A stretch of DNA of 64,000 nucleotides from Pseudomonadota bacterium (GTDB taxonomy: Bacteria; Bdellovibrionota_B; Oligoflexia; Silvanigrellales; Silvanigrellaceae), in the NCBI GenBank assembly GCA_039799905.1, contig JBDLRP010000039.1:128001-192000 (forward strand), read 5' to 3'. The notes beneath the pieces are model-generated. The model was not told where the DNA came from and ran no database searches. It saw nothing but the letters and a program-made list of their open reading frames with translations. Position 1 is the stretch's first letter. Each line of letters starts with the position of its first letter. The position numbers were made by a program, and so were the translations under genes. This document shows, in pieces, positions 18,631 to 28,280 of this stretch.

Positions 18631-19167
18631 TCACTTTTGCGCCGCACGGGCAGCCAAATCGGCTGCACATTTTTTTGCCGCGGCAGGAAGCTCTTTTTTG
18701 CTGTAATCGTCCATCAATTTGCGCGCGAGTTCGGGCGTCACGTTCAAGTGACGGTCCTTGTTCACCAGCGCCACCGGCGCGTATCCGCAAACACCAAGAC
18801 ATTCGACTTTGTGGCACTCGAACGGAATCGGCTTGCCACTCTTTTCGGCTTGCGCGATGTATTGCTTCGCTTCCGAAATCGTATTGTCAGCACCATTGAG
18901 CCAACACGAAATACTGCCGCACACTTCCAAACGGTAAGGTTTCGGCGGAGCCTTGCGGTACATCGTATAGAAGCTCAGCACCTCATTGACGTCGACGACG
19001 CTCAGACCGTGTTCAGCCTCGAGAGCCTGAACGGCTTCGGGCGAAATCCAGTCGTTTTCATCCTGAATAGCATGAAGAATTGGCAAAATACTGGAGCGCT
19101 TGGTTTCGTAGCGGCCCAAAAATCCTTTGATTTGTTCATTCAGCTGTGTGGAAAAAAATGATGCCAT
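18631..19167 (-). CDS. nuoE: NADH-quinone oxidoreductase subunit E
   Basis: SFYTMY, VCGSISCWLNGA and ECLGVCGYAP. Confidence 0.95.
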   Translation of the reverse strand: MASFFSTQLNEQIKGFLGRYETKRSSILPILHAIQDENDWISPEAVQALEAEHGLSVVDVNEVLSFYTMYRKAPPKPYRLEVCGSISCWLNGADNTISEAKQYIAQAEKSGKPIPFECHKVECLGVCGYAPVALVNKDRHLNVTPELARKLMDDYSKKELPAAAKKCAADLAARAAQK

Positions 19168-19188
19168 TGCAAAACTCCATTCCCGACC

Positions 19189-20898
19189 TCAACGGTCAAG
19201 CTCTCCAGCGATAATGTTGATTGACCCCAGAGCCGCGACAGCGTCCGCAAGCCGGCCACCGATGACCATCTGTGCAAAGCCGCTCATCAGAGCGAAGCAC
19301 GGAGGACGGCACTTGACGCGATACGGTGTGCCTGAACCATCAGAGATCACATAAAAGCCGAGCTCGCCGTTTGCACCTTCAACGGCATGGTAAACTTCAC
19401 CCTTCGGCGGCTGCACGCCGTTGATGATCAGCATGAAGTGGTTCATCAGCCCTTCGATGTTTCCATAAACATCTTTCTTGCTGGGCAAAGAAATCGCCTT
19501 GTTGTCGATCGCGATTGGTCCTTCGGGCATGTTGTTGAGGCACCAGCGCAGAATGCGGATGCTCTGGCGAACTTCCTCCATACGAACAAGGTAACGGTCG
19601 TAGGTATCGCCCTTCACGCCGACAGGAACATCAAATTCAACCTGATCATAAAAGTAGTAGGGATCGTGTTTGCGCAGATCAAGCTCATATCCCGTCGCAC
19701 GCAGGCATGGACCGGTGAAGCCCCACTCGATGGCTGTCTTTCTGTCGATAGAGCCGGCATCGCGTGTGCGCTGAACAAAGATGCGGTTGTTGGTCAGCAG
19801 CTTGTCCATTTCTTCATGAGTTTTGGCGATGTGCTCGACAACTTCTATGGCTTCCTGAATCCAGCCATTTGGCAGGTCGAAGCCAAGGCCGCCGATGCGC
19901 GTCAGCGACACCGTCAGACGAGCACCACAGAGCTTTTCAAACAGGGTGTAAACCTTCTCACGTTCGTTGAACATGTAGAAGAAACCTGTAAGAGCACCAA
20001 GGTCAACCGCATTGGTGCCGATGCACACATAGTGGTCGATGATGCGTGACAACTCGTCCAGCACCATGCGCATCATTGTAGCTCTTGGCGGAACCTGAAC
20101 ACCGAACATCTTTTCGATGGTGGCGGCCCACGCGTTGTTGTTGATGGGGGCCGAACAATAATTGAGGCGGTCGGTGTAGGGGATGATTTGGTTGTAGTTG
20201 TGCGTCTCGCACATCTTCTCAAAACAGCGGTGCAGATAACCGATCTCTGAATCACATTCCTTGATCATTTCGCCGCCGTCGATCACCGCCATGAAACGAA
20301 GGGTTCCGTGCGTTGCGGGATGCGCGGGTCCGATGTTGATCCACATGAGATCGTCATCGTGCTTTTTCATCAGGCGGTCGCGGTCAGCTTCGAATGTGTG
20401 CTCAAGCGGAGCACCAGACATGGGCTGAATCTTGTCGGCGGGATAATCTTTGCGCAGCGGGTATCCGACAAACTCCTGATGACACAGAATACGCCGGAGG
20501 TCGGGATGCCCGTCAAAGCGGATGCCGAACATGTCGTAAGTTTCACGTTCAAACCAGTTTGCGCCCGCCCAAACGGCGGTTGCAGAAGCGACGCTCTCGC
20601 CATCACCAACCTGAGTCTTGACACGCAAACGGCGATTGAGCTCTTTGTTGAGCAAATGGTAGACAACATCGAAACGCTTTTCGCGTTCAGGCCAGTCGAC
20701 ACCGCAGACGTCGAGCAAAAAGCCGAAACCGTGCTTGCTCTTCAGAGCCTGCAACAGGGTGATGAGGTTTTCCTTGTCAACGACGATTGTCTGCTCGTGG
20801 CGCATCTCAAGACGTTCTTCAAATACAACACTTGCATTTGGAAGAGCTGATTTTAACTGTGCGACAAGGTCGGCGTAAAACGGACTCGCGTTATCCAT
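19189..20898 (-). CDS. nuoCD: Fused NADH-quinone oxidoreductase subunit C/D
   Basis: NuoC motifs ANWFERETYDMFGI and GYPLRKDYP fused to NuoD motifs GPAHPATHGTLR, GYLHRCFEK and GELDR. Confidence 0.96.
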   Translation of the reverse strand: MDNASPFYADLVAQLKSALPNASVVFEERLEMRHEQTIVVDKENLITLLQALKSKHGFGFLLDVCGVDWPEREKRFDVVYHLLNKELNRRLRVKTQVGDGESVASATAVWAGANWFERETYDMFGIRFDGHPDLRRILCHQEFVGYPLRKDYPADKIQPMSGAPLEHTFEADRDRLMKKHDDDLMWINIGPAHPATHGTLRFMAVIDGGEMIKECDSEIGYLHRCFEKMCETHNYNQIIPYTDRLNYCSAPINNNAWAATIEKMFGVQVPPRATMMRMVLDELSRIIDHYVCIGTNAVDLGALTGFFYMFNEREKVYTLFEKLCGARLTVSLTRIGGLGFDLPNGWIQEAIEVVEHIAKTHEEMDKLLTNNRIFVQRTRDAGSIDRKTAIEWGFTGPCLRATGYELDLRKHDPYYFYDQVEFDVPVGVKGDTYDRYLVRMEEVRQSIRILRWCLNNMPEGPIAIDNKAISLPSKKDVYGNIEGLMNHFMLIINGVQPPKGEVYHAVEGANGELGFYVISDGSGTPYRVKCRPPCFALMSGFAQMVIGGRLADAVAALGSINIIAGELDR

Positions 20899-21122
20899 CG
20901 GCTCTGAGCCTCCGTTCGTTCAACGGCTGGGTTGAAAACTTGTACAGATTCTTACAAAAACATGCACATACAAAGACATTGCTCGGAAGAAGTCAACCCG
21001 CGCCTCACACCCATTTTTAGGTTGAGGTTCAATTTGACTGGCACATCTTCGCAACTGACAATGAGCGTCGCATAATCAACCAGAACCTCAAGCCTTACAG
21101 GGGGCTATTTTTTGATTTTCAA

Positions 21123-21815
21123 ATGCACCCAATTGGAGCAAAGGTGATTGAAATTCTTGTCTGCACCGGAAAAAACGTAAACCAGCGTCATATTGCACGC
21201 GCAACCGATGCCCTGAGCAAGGGAGATATCGTCGTATTGCCAACTGAAACGGGGTACTGCTTTGCTGGAAGGTCTGACCACAAGGCAACCCACAGCGCTC
21301 TTCTCAAATTGAGACAAGCACACCCGCGCCACAAACCGTTCAGTTTGCTCTGCGAGAATGCAAAACAGATCGGACAAATCTCTCAGGTCTCGACAGCTGC
21401 CTACAGGGTCATCAACAAAGTCCTCCCGGGGCCATTTACGTTAATTCTGCCTGTTCACCGAAATACCCCACAAACTTCGACCGGCGAGTTCCGCACGACA
21501 GTCGGCGTCCGGATTTCATCGCATCCCATCGCACAGGCCGTCTGCGCCGCAGTGCAGGTCCCGCTCATGGTCACAAGCGTCACCGACGGCGAAGAGCTGA
21601 TTGCCGAGGGCTACACTGAGTCTGACTTTGAAGAACAGCTTGAGCGTTGGTGGACCAACGCCGAGGGAATCAGTCGGCACTCTCACGGCCTTGTCAAAAT
21701 ATTTCTTGCCGGAGAAGAGCCTCTGCCTCTGCACGTCTCGACTATCCTCGATTTGAGCACAGAAGGCGAAGTGCGGGTGCTGCGGGACGGAGGCTGGGAA
21801 CTGAGCATCGCCTGA
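21123..21815 (+). CDS. yciO: Sua5/YciO/YrdC family protein (YciO-like)
   Basis: LPTETGY, KPFSLL, LPGPFTLIL and TVGVRI. Has VTSV in place of STSAN. Confidence 0.8.
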   Translation: MHPIGAKVIEILVCTGKNVNQRHIARATDALSKGDIVVLPTETGYCFAGRSDHKATHSALLKLRQAHPRHKPFSLLCENAKQIGQISQVSTAAYRVINKVLPGPFTLILPVHRNTPQTSTGEFRTTVGVRISSHPIAQAVCAAVQVPLMVTSVTDGEELIAEGYTESDFEEQLERWWTNAEGISRHSHGLVKIFLAGEEPLPLHVSTILDLSTEGEVRVLRDGGWELSIA

Positions 21816-21886
21816 AGTCAAAAATCAGACAAAGCCGGCACTCCGTAAAAAAGATACCGTTCGTACTGCTGATGTCGGAGGTGTCT

Positions 21887-22960
21887 ATGAAAGCGCGTGC
21901 GCGTCAAGTCCTCATTCCAATCATGGCCGCAACCGCAGCGGCCGCCTGCAAACAACGCGGTTTCAATTCGACAGATCAACAGGCATCTTTGCGTGTGCAA
22001 ACCGAAAAGATGGTCAGTTTCTGCCAGCCACCCACAGCACAAAAAATTCTCTGGGATGCACCGCGGGTGCAACAGGAAATATCAACTCTGCTGACAGAAT
22101 ACGGCTACAAAAGCAGTGGGCTGTCAGTCTATGCGGAAGTTTACCTGGCAATGACCGCCCAGCGTGACACTGCCCGATGTGAAACGACAAATAAAATGTA
22201 CCCGCAGACCGAGCTCAACCGCAGACTCAACGATGCTCTCGCGGATTTGATGACGAAGGGTCTGGTTGGGAGTCAACGCGTGTGTCTGAAGTCGTTCGCC
22301 AATCCAGCTCTGGTCGTGCCCACCATCGGGCAACAACTTTGTGAATTGGGTCACGAAGCTCTCAACAAACGCTGGAGTGCACTCGAATTCACTATGGGCT
22401 CGACCGCACAGTATTTGACAAGCATCATGGGAATCGCATTGTCTGCACTGCCTCACGCGAACATCCTTTGGCAGGACACGCCCTACACATCGCTGCAGGG
22501 ACGCATCGCCTATATGAAGGCAGAATTCAAACCTGTTTATGACGCATTCAATTTGTTTCTTTCCGACAACCTTCATACCGTGGCCGACGTACTGATGAAG
22601 GAAAATCGCGTTGACTGCGGGCTCTTCAAACATGCCGTTGCAGCCGCCGAGGCAACCCGCGCACCGACGCTGGTTTTTAAAAATATCCGCGACAAAACTT
22701 TCGAGCTCGGACTCGATCTCGCCGTGGCATGGTCGCGCGGGTTTCATCCATTCACGGCCGGCGAGGCTGCTTGGAATCCGGAGCGTCCATTCGGCTCCTT
22801 TGTCAAAGAGCCTCCGGCACTCGATCAGTTACGCAGGCATGCGCGCGACTCTGTCGGGCTGTTGAAAAATCCTCTTATGAAACTCTTTAAGAACAAAGAT
22901 GCTGCCACCTACATTTCAGGACAAGGTCTGACATGTCCGCTGCCTGTGCAGCCCAAGTGA
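21887..22960 (+). CDS. Hypothetical lipoprotein
   Basis: GGAGGTG SD and lipobox signal MKARARQVLIPIMAATAAAAC. Helical body. Confidence 0.7.
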   Translation: MKARARQVLIPIMAATAAAACKQRGFNSTDQQASLRVQTEKMVSFCQPPTAQKILWDAPRVQQEISTLLTEYGYKSSGLSVYAEVYLAMTAQRDTARCETTNKMYPQTELNRRLNDALADLMTKGLVGSQRVCLKSFANPALVVPTIGQQLCELGHEALNKRWSALEFTMGSTAQYLTSIMGIALSALPHANILWQDTPYTSLQGRIAYMKAEFKPVYDAFNLFLSDNLHTVADVLMKENRVDCGLFKHAVAAAEATRAPTLVFKNIRDKTFELGLDLAVAWSRGFHPFTAGEAAWNPERPFGSFVKEPPALDQLRRHARDSVGLLKNPLMKLFKNKDAATYISGQGLTCPLPVQPK

Positions 22961-23111
22961 TTGAGGCAACTTCGAGAATGCATAGTTATCAAATACTGCG
23001 GAAAACAGGGTCTTTACCGTTAAGCTTAAATAGTTGGGTGAACGTCAAGCTTGGCTGCTCAAAAAAATAACCACAACTCAACATACAATGAGAGTCAAAC
23101 AAAACTGAAAT

Positions 23112-24905
23112 TCAATCATCAAGTGTTACAAAATCCGAAACCTTGCTCCTTACGTTCTCTTTCATTTCTGCTTGAAGTGTTCCCAGATTAATATAACCCA
23201 TCCCGTATTCATTAGTGTTAAAATCAAGACCACTGAACATCAATTCATTGCTTCCACTCTTTGCAAGACTATAAATTTCAAATTTGAACTTGAGTGTTCT
23301 ATCTCCCAACTCTCCATTGGTCGGTGTGCCATCAACCCACTTTTTGAGAGAGAAAACAGAATTCTTTGACTGCAGATAAAAAAAGTCCGAACCGATTTTC
23401 CAGATTTTTTTCACCTGTACGTCGGAAGGAAACGGCACAGGATTCAACGCACCGGCAGCGGTAAGTCGCAAAATAGGAGTCTTCAAGGGTAGTCTACTAC
23501 TGCTGCTGTTATATGCTGATTGAATCTCGGTTTCATTGGAGCTTGGGACACTTGAATCAACACATCTAAGCCAATCAACCTGGGCTACTGAGTCACAAGC
23601 AGCTCCAACTTGATACGGACTACCGGTGTAGCAAACAACCTTACCCGGAGCGTAGTAATTAATGTCCGCCATCGCAGAGCCATTCGAATTTACAAAAAGA
23701 TAATCTCCGTTCTTCTCAGGAATGATTGATCCGTAACTGAGATTATTAGAATATGTATAATCGACGCCCCCCGATTCACATGAAGCTCTAAATACCGCCG
23801 CATTTGGCTTCGCTTCCCCATTTGGGCCAATTTGAGGATTACTTCCAAGATATAGGCCCGAGGTTACGGGATTACCAACCTGAACAAGAATTCTATCTTC
23901 ATCTTCTGCACTACCAAGCGATGGAGTGAAGGTTAGAATTTCTGGCTGAACCCAACCGCTCAAACCTGCACTTTTCGATGGGTGTGGACCAACATAGATC
24001 ACTTTATCGTTGGGATCGTTTGGCACTGGGAAAAATAGCGTTGGTCCGGCTGTGGATTCCGCGATTTGCTGCAATGCTCCATTTTTATCCACATATCTGA
24101 AGACATTCGTGCCATTAACATTCGCTGTGTAGTACAATCCCCCATTTGGCGTGGAGAAAAATTTACCAACCATGATGTTTGAATTCACCAAGAGTTTCAT
24201 TGAAGCGTCCGCAGGATTGATGCGAACAATTTCAGCATTCGCTGCAGCTTGGTTACTCCAAATTCGTAAAATAATCCGCCCCTGACCGTCAAATTGGAGA
24301 GTAGGTTGAGCACCCTGAACTCCCCAATTCACCGATTCTATTCGTTTATTTTCAAGCCAAACAAGACATTCGAGCACGTCGGGTGAGGCATCTTCTCGGG
24401 TAAGTTCGTTTAAGTTGCCTGAGGCCTTAAAAATTTGGCAGGTCAATCCACTCTTAGACGTATCGTAAATCCCATCCGGAAAAAAAACGTAGACTTCACC
24501 AGTCGGTGCTTTGTAAATTTCAGGTGGCCGTCCGTATGTGTTTGCATACTCCGAACCATCTTTGTTCACAAAAATATTTTTGATTTCCCGATTCTTAGTC
24601 ACCTTGGCCACAGATGCCTTATTTTCGCTACCATCACCTAAATTGAAAGGCTCATCTGCGGAAAGGAGCAATCCTTGCCCCACAGTCGAGCCTCCAAGTT
24701 TCGCGAACCCAAGCGCTCCCCGCAGGTCTAGCATCGTCTTTGAAGGATCAAAATTTCCAGATGGCCGTGAAGAGGAGGGAGAACTGGGAAGTTTATTTTC
24801 GGGGTTGCCCGCACCACTCCCATCTGACCCGCCAGGTGTCTTTTTTCCACAGCTCAACAAAATGATTCCGAACACACCAAGAGTCAGTTTTGTGGTCAAA
24901 TTCAT
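23112..24905 (-). CDS. Hypothetical lipoprotein (beta-rich, possibly a propeller), AT-rich gene
   Basis: 597-codon ORF with lipobox LLSC, a G/S/P-rich linker and a GGGAG SD. Confidence 0.75.
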   Translation of the reverse strand: MNLTTKLTLGVFGIILLSCGKKTPGGSDGSGAGNPENKLPSSPSSSRPSGNFDPSKTMLDLRGALGFAKLGGSTVGQGLLLSADEPFNLGDGSENKASVAKVTKNREIKNIFVNKDGSEYANTYGRPPEIYKAPTGEVYVFFPDGIYDTSKSGLTCQIFKASGNLNELTREDASPDVLECLVWLENKRIESVNWGVQGAQPTLQFDGQGRIILRIWSNQAAANAEIVRINPADASMKLLVNSNIMVGKFFSTPNGGLYYTANVNGTNVFRYVDKNGALQQIAESTAGPTLFFPVPNDPNDKVIYVGPHPSKSAGLSGWVQPEILTFTPSLGSAEDEDRILVQVGNPVTSGLYLGSNPQIGPNGEAKPNAAVFRASCESGGVDYTYSNNLSYGSIIPEKNGDYLFVNSNGSAMADINYYAPGKVVCYTGSPYQVGAACDSVAQVDWLRCVDSSVPSSNETEIQSAYNSSSSRLPLKTPILRLTAAGALNPVPFPSDVQVKKIWKIGSDFFYLQSKNSVFSLKKWVDGTPTNGELGDRTLKFKFEIYSLAKSGSNELMFSGLDFNTNEYGMGYINLGTLQAEMKENVRSKVSDFVTLDD

Positions 24906-25347
24906 TTACAAGACTCCCTGTTATCTTTTGTTGGATCGGTTCGGTCGAGGATTAAGAAAATTAAGAACTATTTTACTACTCAGATTCTCAACAAATAAGT
25001 ATCTATTTTTGTTATTATTTATAGCTATAAAAATCAGTCGATATGAACTTTTCTACTGAATGTAGAGGCTCACAAAATTAGACGCAGTTCGAAAGAGAAA
25101 CGAAACTTGAAATGCACCACAAAATTCCACACCACATGCTTTTAGAAAGTTTGTCCTTTTTCCCCCTGCACCTTGAAATGCGCGAGAACCAAAGAGGGAA
25201 ACCAACACGAATCAAAATTAAACAAAATTACGGACTCTGAGCGGCCCGCGTGGGTGAGTTGACTGAAGAGTCGTATAGTGCATGAATTCGACTTTATACG
25301 TCGCTCTGGATGTTTGATTGCACTAATTTTATTGCATTTTTTAGAGC

Positions 25348-25421
25348 GAGAATCTTACCATTTTAAAAGATTCTCCAAAGAGGCTTATCTCACTTGCTCA
25401 GTAGACGTCCTATGCTATAGC
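25348..25421 (+). promoter_or_regulatory. Palindromic operator plus putative sigma-70 promoter of the secreted triplet
   Basis: GAGAATCTT-N10-AAGATTCTC (25348-25375), followed by TTGCTC-N16-TATAGC with an extended -10 TG. Confidence 0.45.
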
Positions 25422-25478
25422 ACGGGCCCCTTCCGGACTCAGGCTGTCTGAGCCGGTTTTCATAAAAGTGAGGTTGCC

Positions 25479-25997
25479 GTGTTTTTCAGAGCTGCGCTCG
25501 TTTCGACTTTGTTTATTTCTGCCACTGGATTTGCTGTCACCGAGGCGGACCTTCTCAACGCTGAGAATGTGTTTGCAGGACACGTCAAAAACGTTCAGTT
25601 CGTACAAAGCCACCTGAACAAAGTTGCTGCCGATACTGGTATGCCAATCCCGACCGATGATGTTGGCGGAAACCCGAGCAACCCATCGCCTTGGTACGGT
25701 GAGCCAGAGGCCTGGACCGACCTCGTTGTTGCCATGCGCACATTGCAAACTGTGACGAGCCGAGTGGAAGCATCGATGCCAAGCTTGAAGTTTGTTCTTT
25801 TCAACTTCCCAGTCTTCACCGTGCGTCACACTGCGTTGTGCACTCAGCTCAACCAAATTGTGACAGCTTGGACTGCACTTGAATTTGCAGATTCAACAAC
25901 CCTGTTCCCAGTGCATCGTCTTGGACCAATCTTTTACCAAGACGCTCGCGCTGTAATTGACATTAGCCGTGGTCCAGCTGGTCTGCAGTGCCCATAA
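25479..25997 (+). CDS. Secreted hypothetical protein
   Basis: GAGG SD, GTG start, signal ending TGFA. Ends ...LQCP. Confidence 0.65.
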   Translation: MFFRAALVSTLFISATGFAVTEADLLNAENVFAGHVKNVQFVQSHLNKVAADTGMPIPTDDVGGNPSNPSPWYGEPEAWTDLVVAMRTLQTVTSRVEASMPSLKFVLFNFPVFTVRHTALCTQLNQIVTAWTALEFADSTTLFPVHRLGPIFYQDARAVIDISRGPAGLQCP

Positions 25998-26008
25998 GGA
26001 AAGTCAAA

Positions 26009-26710
26009 ATGAAATTTGTTGCAAAAATCATTGCGGCCATTTGTGCCTGTGTTGTCTTAAGCGCTCCTAAAGTGGGCTTCGCCGATGAGCGTTCGCGTCT
26101 TGAGATTGCAATCGCATCGAGTCAGTATTTTGATTTCTTTACTTCCTCAGCTTTGAATTATTTGCAGGGTGCTTCCCCTGCATTCCCACAGTTTGATCCG
26201 CAAGCTGCGCGCGGTTCGCAATCAGGTATGCCCGTTGGATTTCCTCCCTGTGACCAGGGTGGAAGCTGGATGCTGGTTGACGACTCTGGCCCGTATTATG
26301 TTTGTGTTACCAGCGAGAACTATCGTTACTGTCCGAGCGGGACATCCGTTCAATATTTGTATGACCAAATAATGTACTGTGCGCCTTACTACACTCCAGA
26401 CTACTCTTTCCGTGGCTTGGGTGAGCAGGAAAATGACACTCTTGCCATTGAGGGTTTAAAGTGGTTCCAACGCTCTCAGAAGCACGCAGGTCTGAAATTT
26501 CGTGAGGCACTTCTCGCACTCAACAACAACGACTCTGTGCGGGCGCAGTCATTCAAGGCTGAAGGGTGTGGTCAATACAACGAGTCCAGCGTTGCCTTGG
26601 GTGCAACGACCTTCCCTGCGAATATGCCACCTTTGGGGTTCGTGAACGGAGCATTGCTCAACGACATGACGGCGGCACTGGATGCAACAAAAGCTGTTGT
26701 TTGTCCGTAA
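26009..26710 (+). CDS. Secreted Cys-containing hypothetical protein
   Basis: TAAGGA SD and signal MKFVAKIIAAICACVVLSAPKVGFA. Central four-Cys segment; ends ...VVCP. Confidence 0.7.
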   Translation: MKFVAKIIAAICACVVLSAPKVGFADERSRLEIAIASSQYFDFFTSSALNYLQGASPAFPQFDPQAARGSQSGMPVGFPPCDQGGSWMLVDDSGPYYVCVTSENYRYCPSGTSVQYLYDQIMYCAPYYTPDYSFRGLGEQENDTLAIEGLKWFQRSQKHAGLKFREALLALNNNDSVRAQSFKAEGCGQYNESSVALGATTFPANMPPLGFVNGALLNDMTAALDATKAVVCP

Positions 26711-26723
26711 TGTGAGGTTTCCC

Positions 26724-27221
26724 ATGGTTCAGCTTTACTGTCGTTTGTCTGTCTTGAGTTCCGCTGTGCTTTCGCTTTGTGTATGCAGCGCTGCACATGC
26801 TCAAAGCCAGACGGCTCAATATGCACAAATTGCTCGTTTCAAAGCTGCATCTGTGATTCTCGACAGGGTTGTCAGTGACGTGGCGGGTTTTAAGTATCCG
26901 GGGGTGAATACCTCGGATATTCCAGAGCTCATGTCGCCATATACAACGATGCTTGTCGAGGCGACAGAGTCGTTGCGTCGCAATATTTCGTTGTCGCAGC
27001 GTCAGTTGGCAGAGCTGGCATTTTTCTGCGGGACTGGCATCATGAATTCCAAAAATCTCATTTTGCGCGAAATGCGTGGGCTGCTCCTACCGCAGAACCC
27101 GGGTGATACACCTGATCGCCTGCGGGCGGCTCATGCACCTGCAGTCGCGTTTTTTTCGGAACAATCAGCGGTGCTTGAAATCTTGCCGAGCGTGCTGGAT
27201 TGTCAGCGCGCTGAGCGTTGA
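26724..27221 (+). CDS. Secreted hypothetical protein
   Basis: GAGG SD and signal ending AAHA|Q. Ends ...LDCQRAER. Confidence 0.6.
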   Translation: MVQLYCRLSVLSSAVLSLCVCSAAHAQSQTAQYAQIARFKAASVILDRVVSDVAGFKYPGVNTSDIPELMSPYTTMLVEATESLRRNISLSQRQLAELAFFCGTGIMNSKNLILREMRGLLLPQNPGDTPDRLRAAHAPAVAFFSEQSAVLEILPSVLDCQRAER

Positions 27222-28150
27222 AAAATCTCTTGCCATAGTTCGGGCGCATCGCTCTTCATTTTTTGAGCGATTGCATCCATCGGGGTTGCTTTGTTGAAAG
27301 CGAAAGTTTCTTCGCATTGGCTCCGCCGACTCTCTTCCTCACGCTGACATGCATCTTTTGCGAATTGCTCCGCGGATTTTTGGTCCGTGTTCGAAAGTGA
27401 ACCTGGCGTGAAAATATTCTGCCCAGCACCGCGGACGTGCAGTGCAATGACACAGGGTTCAGAGTTCTCGCTTCGCTGGATCAGCGGCCCTCCCGATTCA
27501 CCGGGCAGTGAGTCAACGTCATGAAGCAGGAAAGTGATGTTTGAGTCCTTGAGCTCGCGTACGATTTGGCCCGCGCTTTCGCTGAGGGGCAAGCCCTGCG
27601 GAAAACCCCAGAGGGAGACGCTCTTGAGCTCACGATTTGCTGAATTTTCCGGGCACGGTGAAATAAATTCTTTTGAGGGCGAATGAGCCCATCGAACAAT
27701 CATGGCATCGAGGCCCGAGTCGTTCCAAAGTACCTCGGCTTTTGTGAGAGGCAGGATTTCGAAGGTTGTTGTTTCGCCAAGAAAGGACAGCTGCGAGAAC
27801 TCATCAGCGACAACGAGCGAGAGCCAGTCTTCGTCGGTACTCTGGTAATTCAAGCGGGCCTGTTGAAGAAATGTTTTGCAGTGAGACGCTGTCATAAAGA
27901 GCTGACTGCTGACAAAAAAGGCTGTGCATCGCGGACGTGGGTTCTTAAATATATCCGGCACCTGGACACTGGGTGCAGCATCGACCGGATTCGGCTGAAG
28001 CCCAAAAACACTCGGAAGAGGACGATCTACGAAACGAAAGTCCGAACGACCAAAAATCGTTGCTAGTTTTGCAGACTCAAAACGTCCACAGCCATTCAAC
28101 AGAGCTATGAAAAAAAGTGATTGTATGAAGGGTAACCTAACTCGAGGCAT
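27203..28150 (-). CDS. Trypsin-like serine protease lipoprotein
   Basis: Lipobox LLNGC. Triad motifs CTAF..MTASHC, DAMIV and DSLPGESGGPL. Confidence 0.85.
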   Translation of the reverse strand: MPRVRLPFIQSLFFIALLNGCGRFESAKLATIFGRSDFRFVDRPLPSVFGLQPNPVDAAPSVQVPDIFKNPRPRCTAFFVSSQLFMTASHCKTFLQQARLNYQSTDEDWLSLVVADEFSQLSFLGETTTFEILPLTKAEVLWNDSGLDAMIVRWAHSPSKEFISPCPENSANRELKSVSLWGFPQGLPLSESAGQIVRELKDSNITFLLHDVDSLPGESGGPLIQRSENSEPCVIALHVRGAGQNIFTPGSLSNTDQKSAEQFAKDACQREEESRRSQCEETFAFNKATPMDAIAQKMKSDAPELWQEIFQRSAR

Positions 28151-28280
28151 GAAAACCAACACTCCATGAGGCGAGAACGTGTAGGTCAACCACAGTAAAC
28201 TCGACACTTCAAGGTCAAGGTTCCCAAAGTATTGAAGTGATTTCTATGACAACGTCCAAGACTTTAAAAAAAGAGGCTTT

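Noticed and set aside
20990..21115. 6S RNA
   Set aside because: The hairpin is only about 77 nt and I could not build a convincing closing stem and central bubble. Kept only as a generic structure.
22961..27221. Prophage, IS or integron cassette array
   Set aside because: No integrase, transposase, phage genes, terminal repeats or repeated attC-like sites seen.
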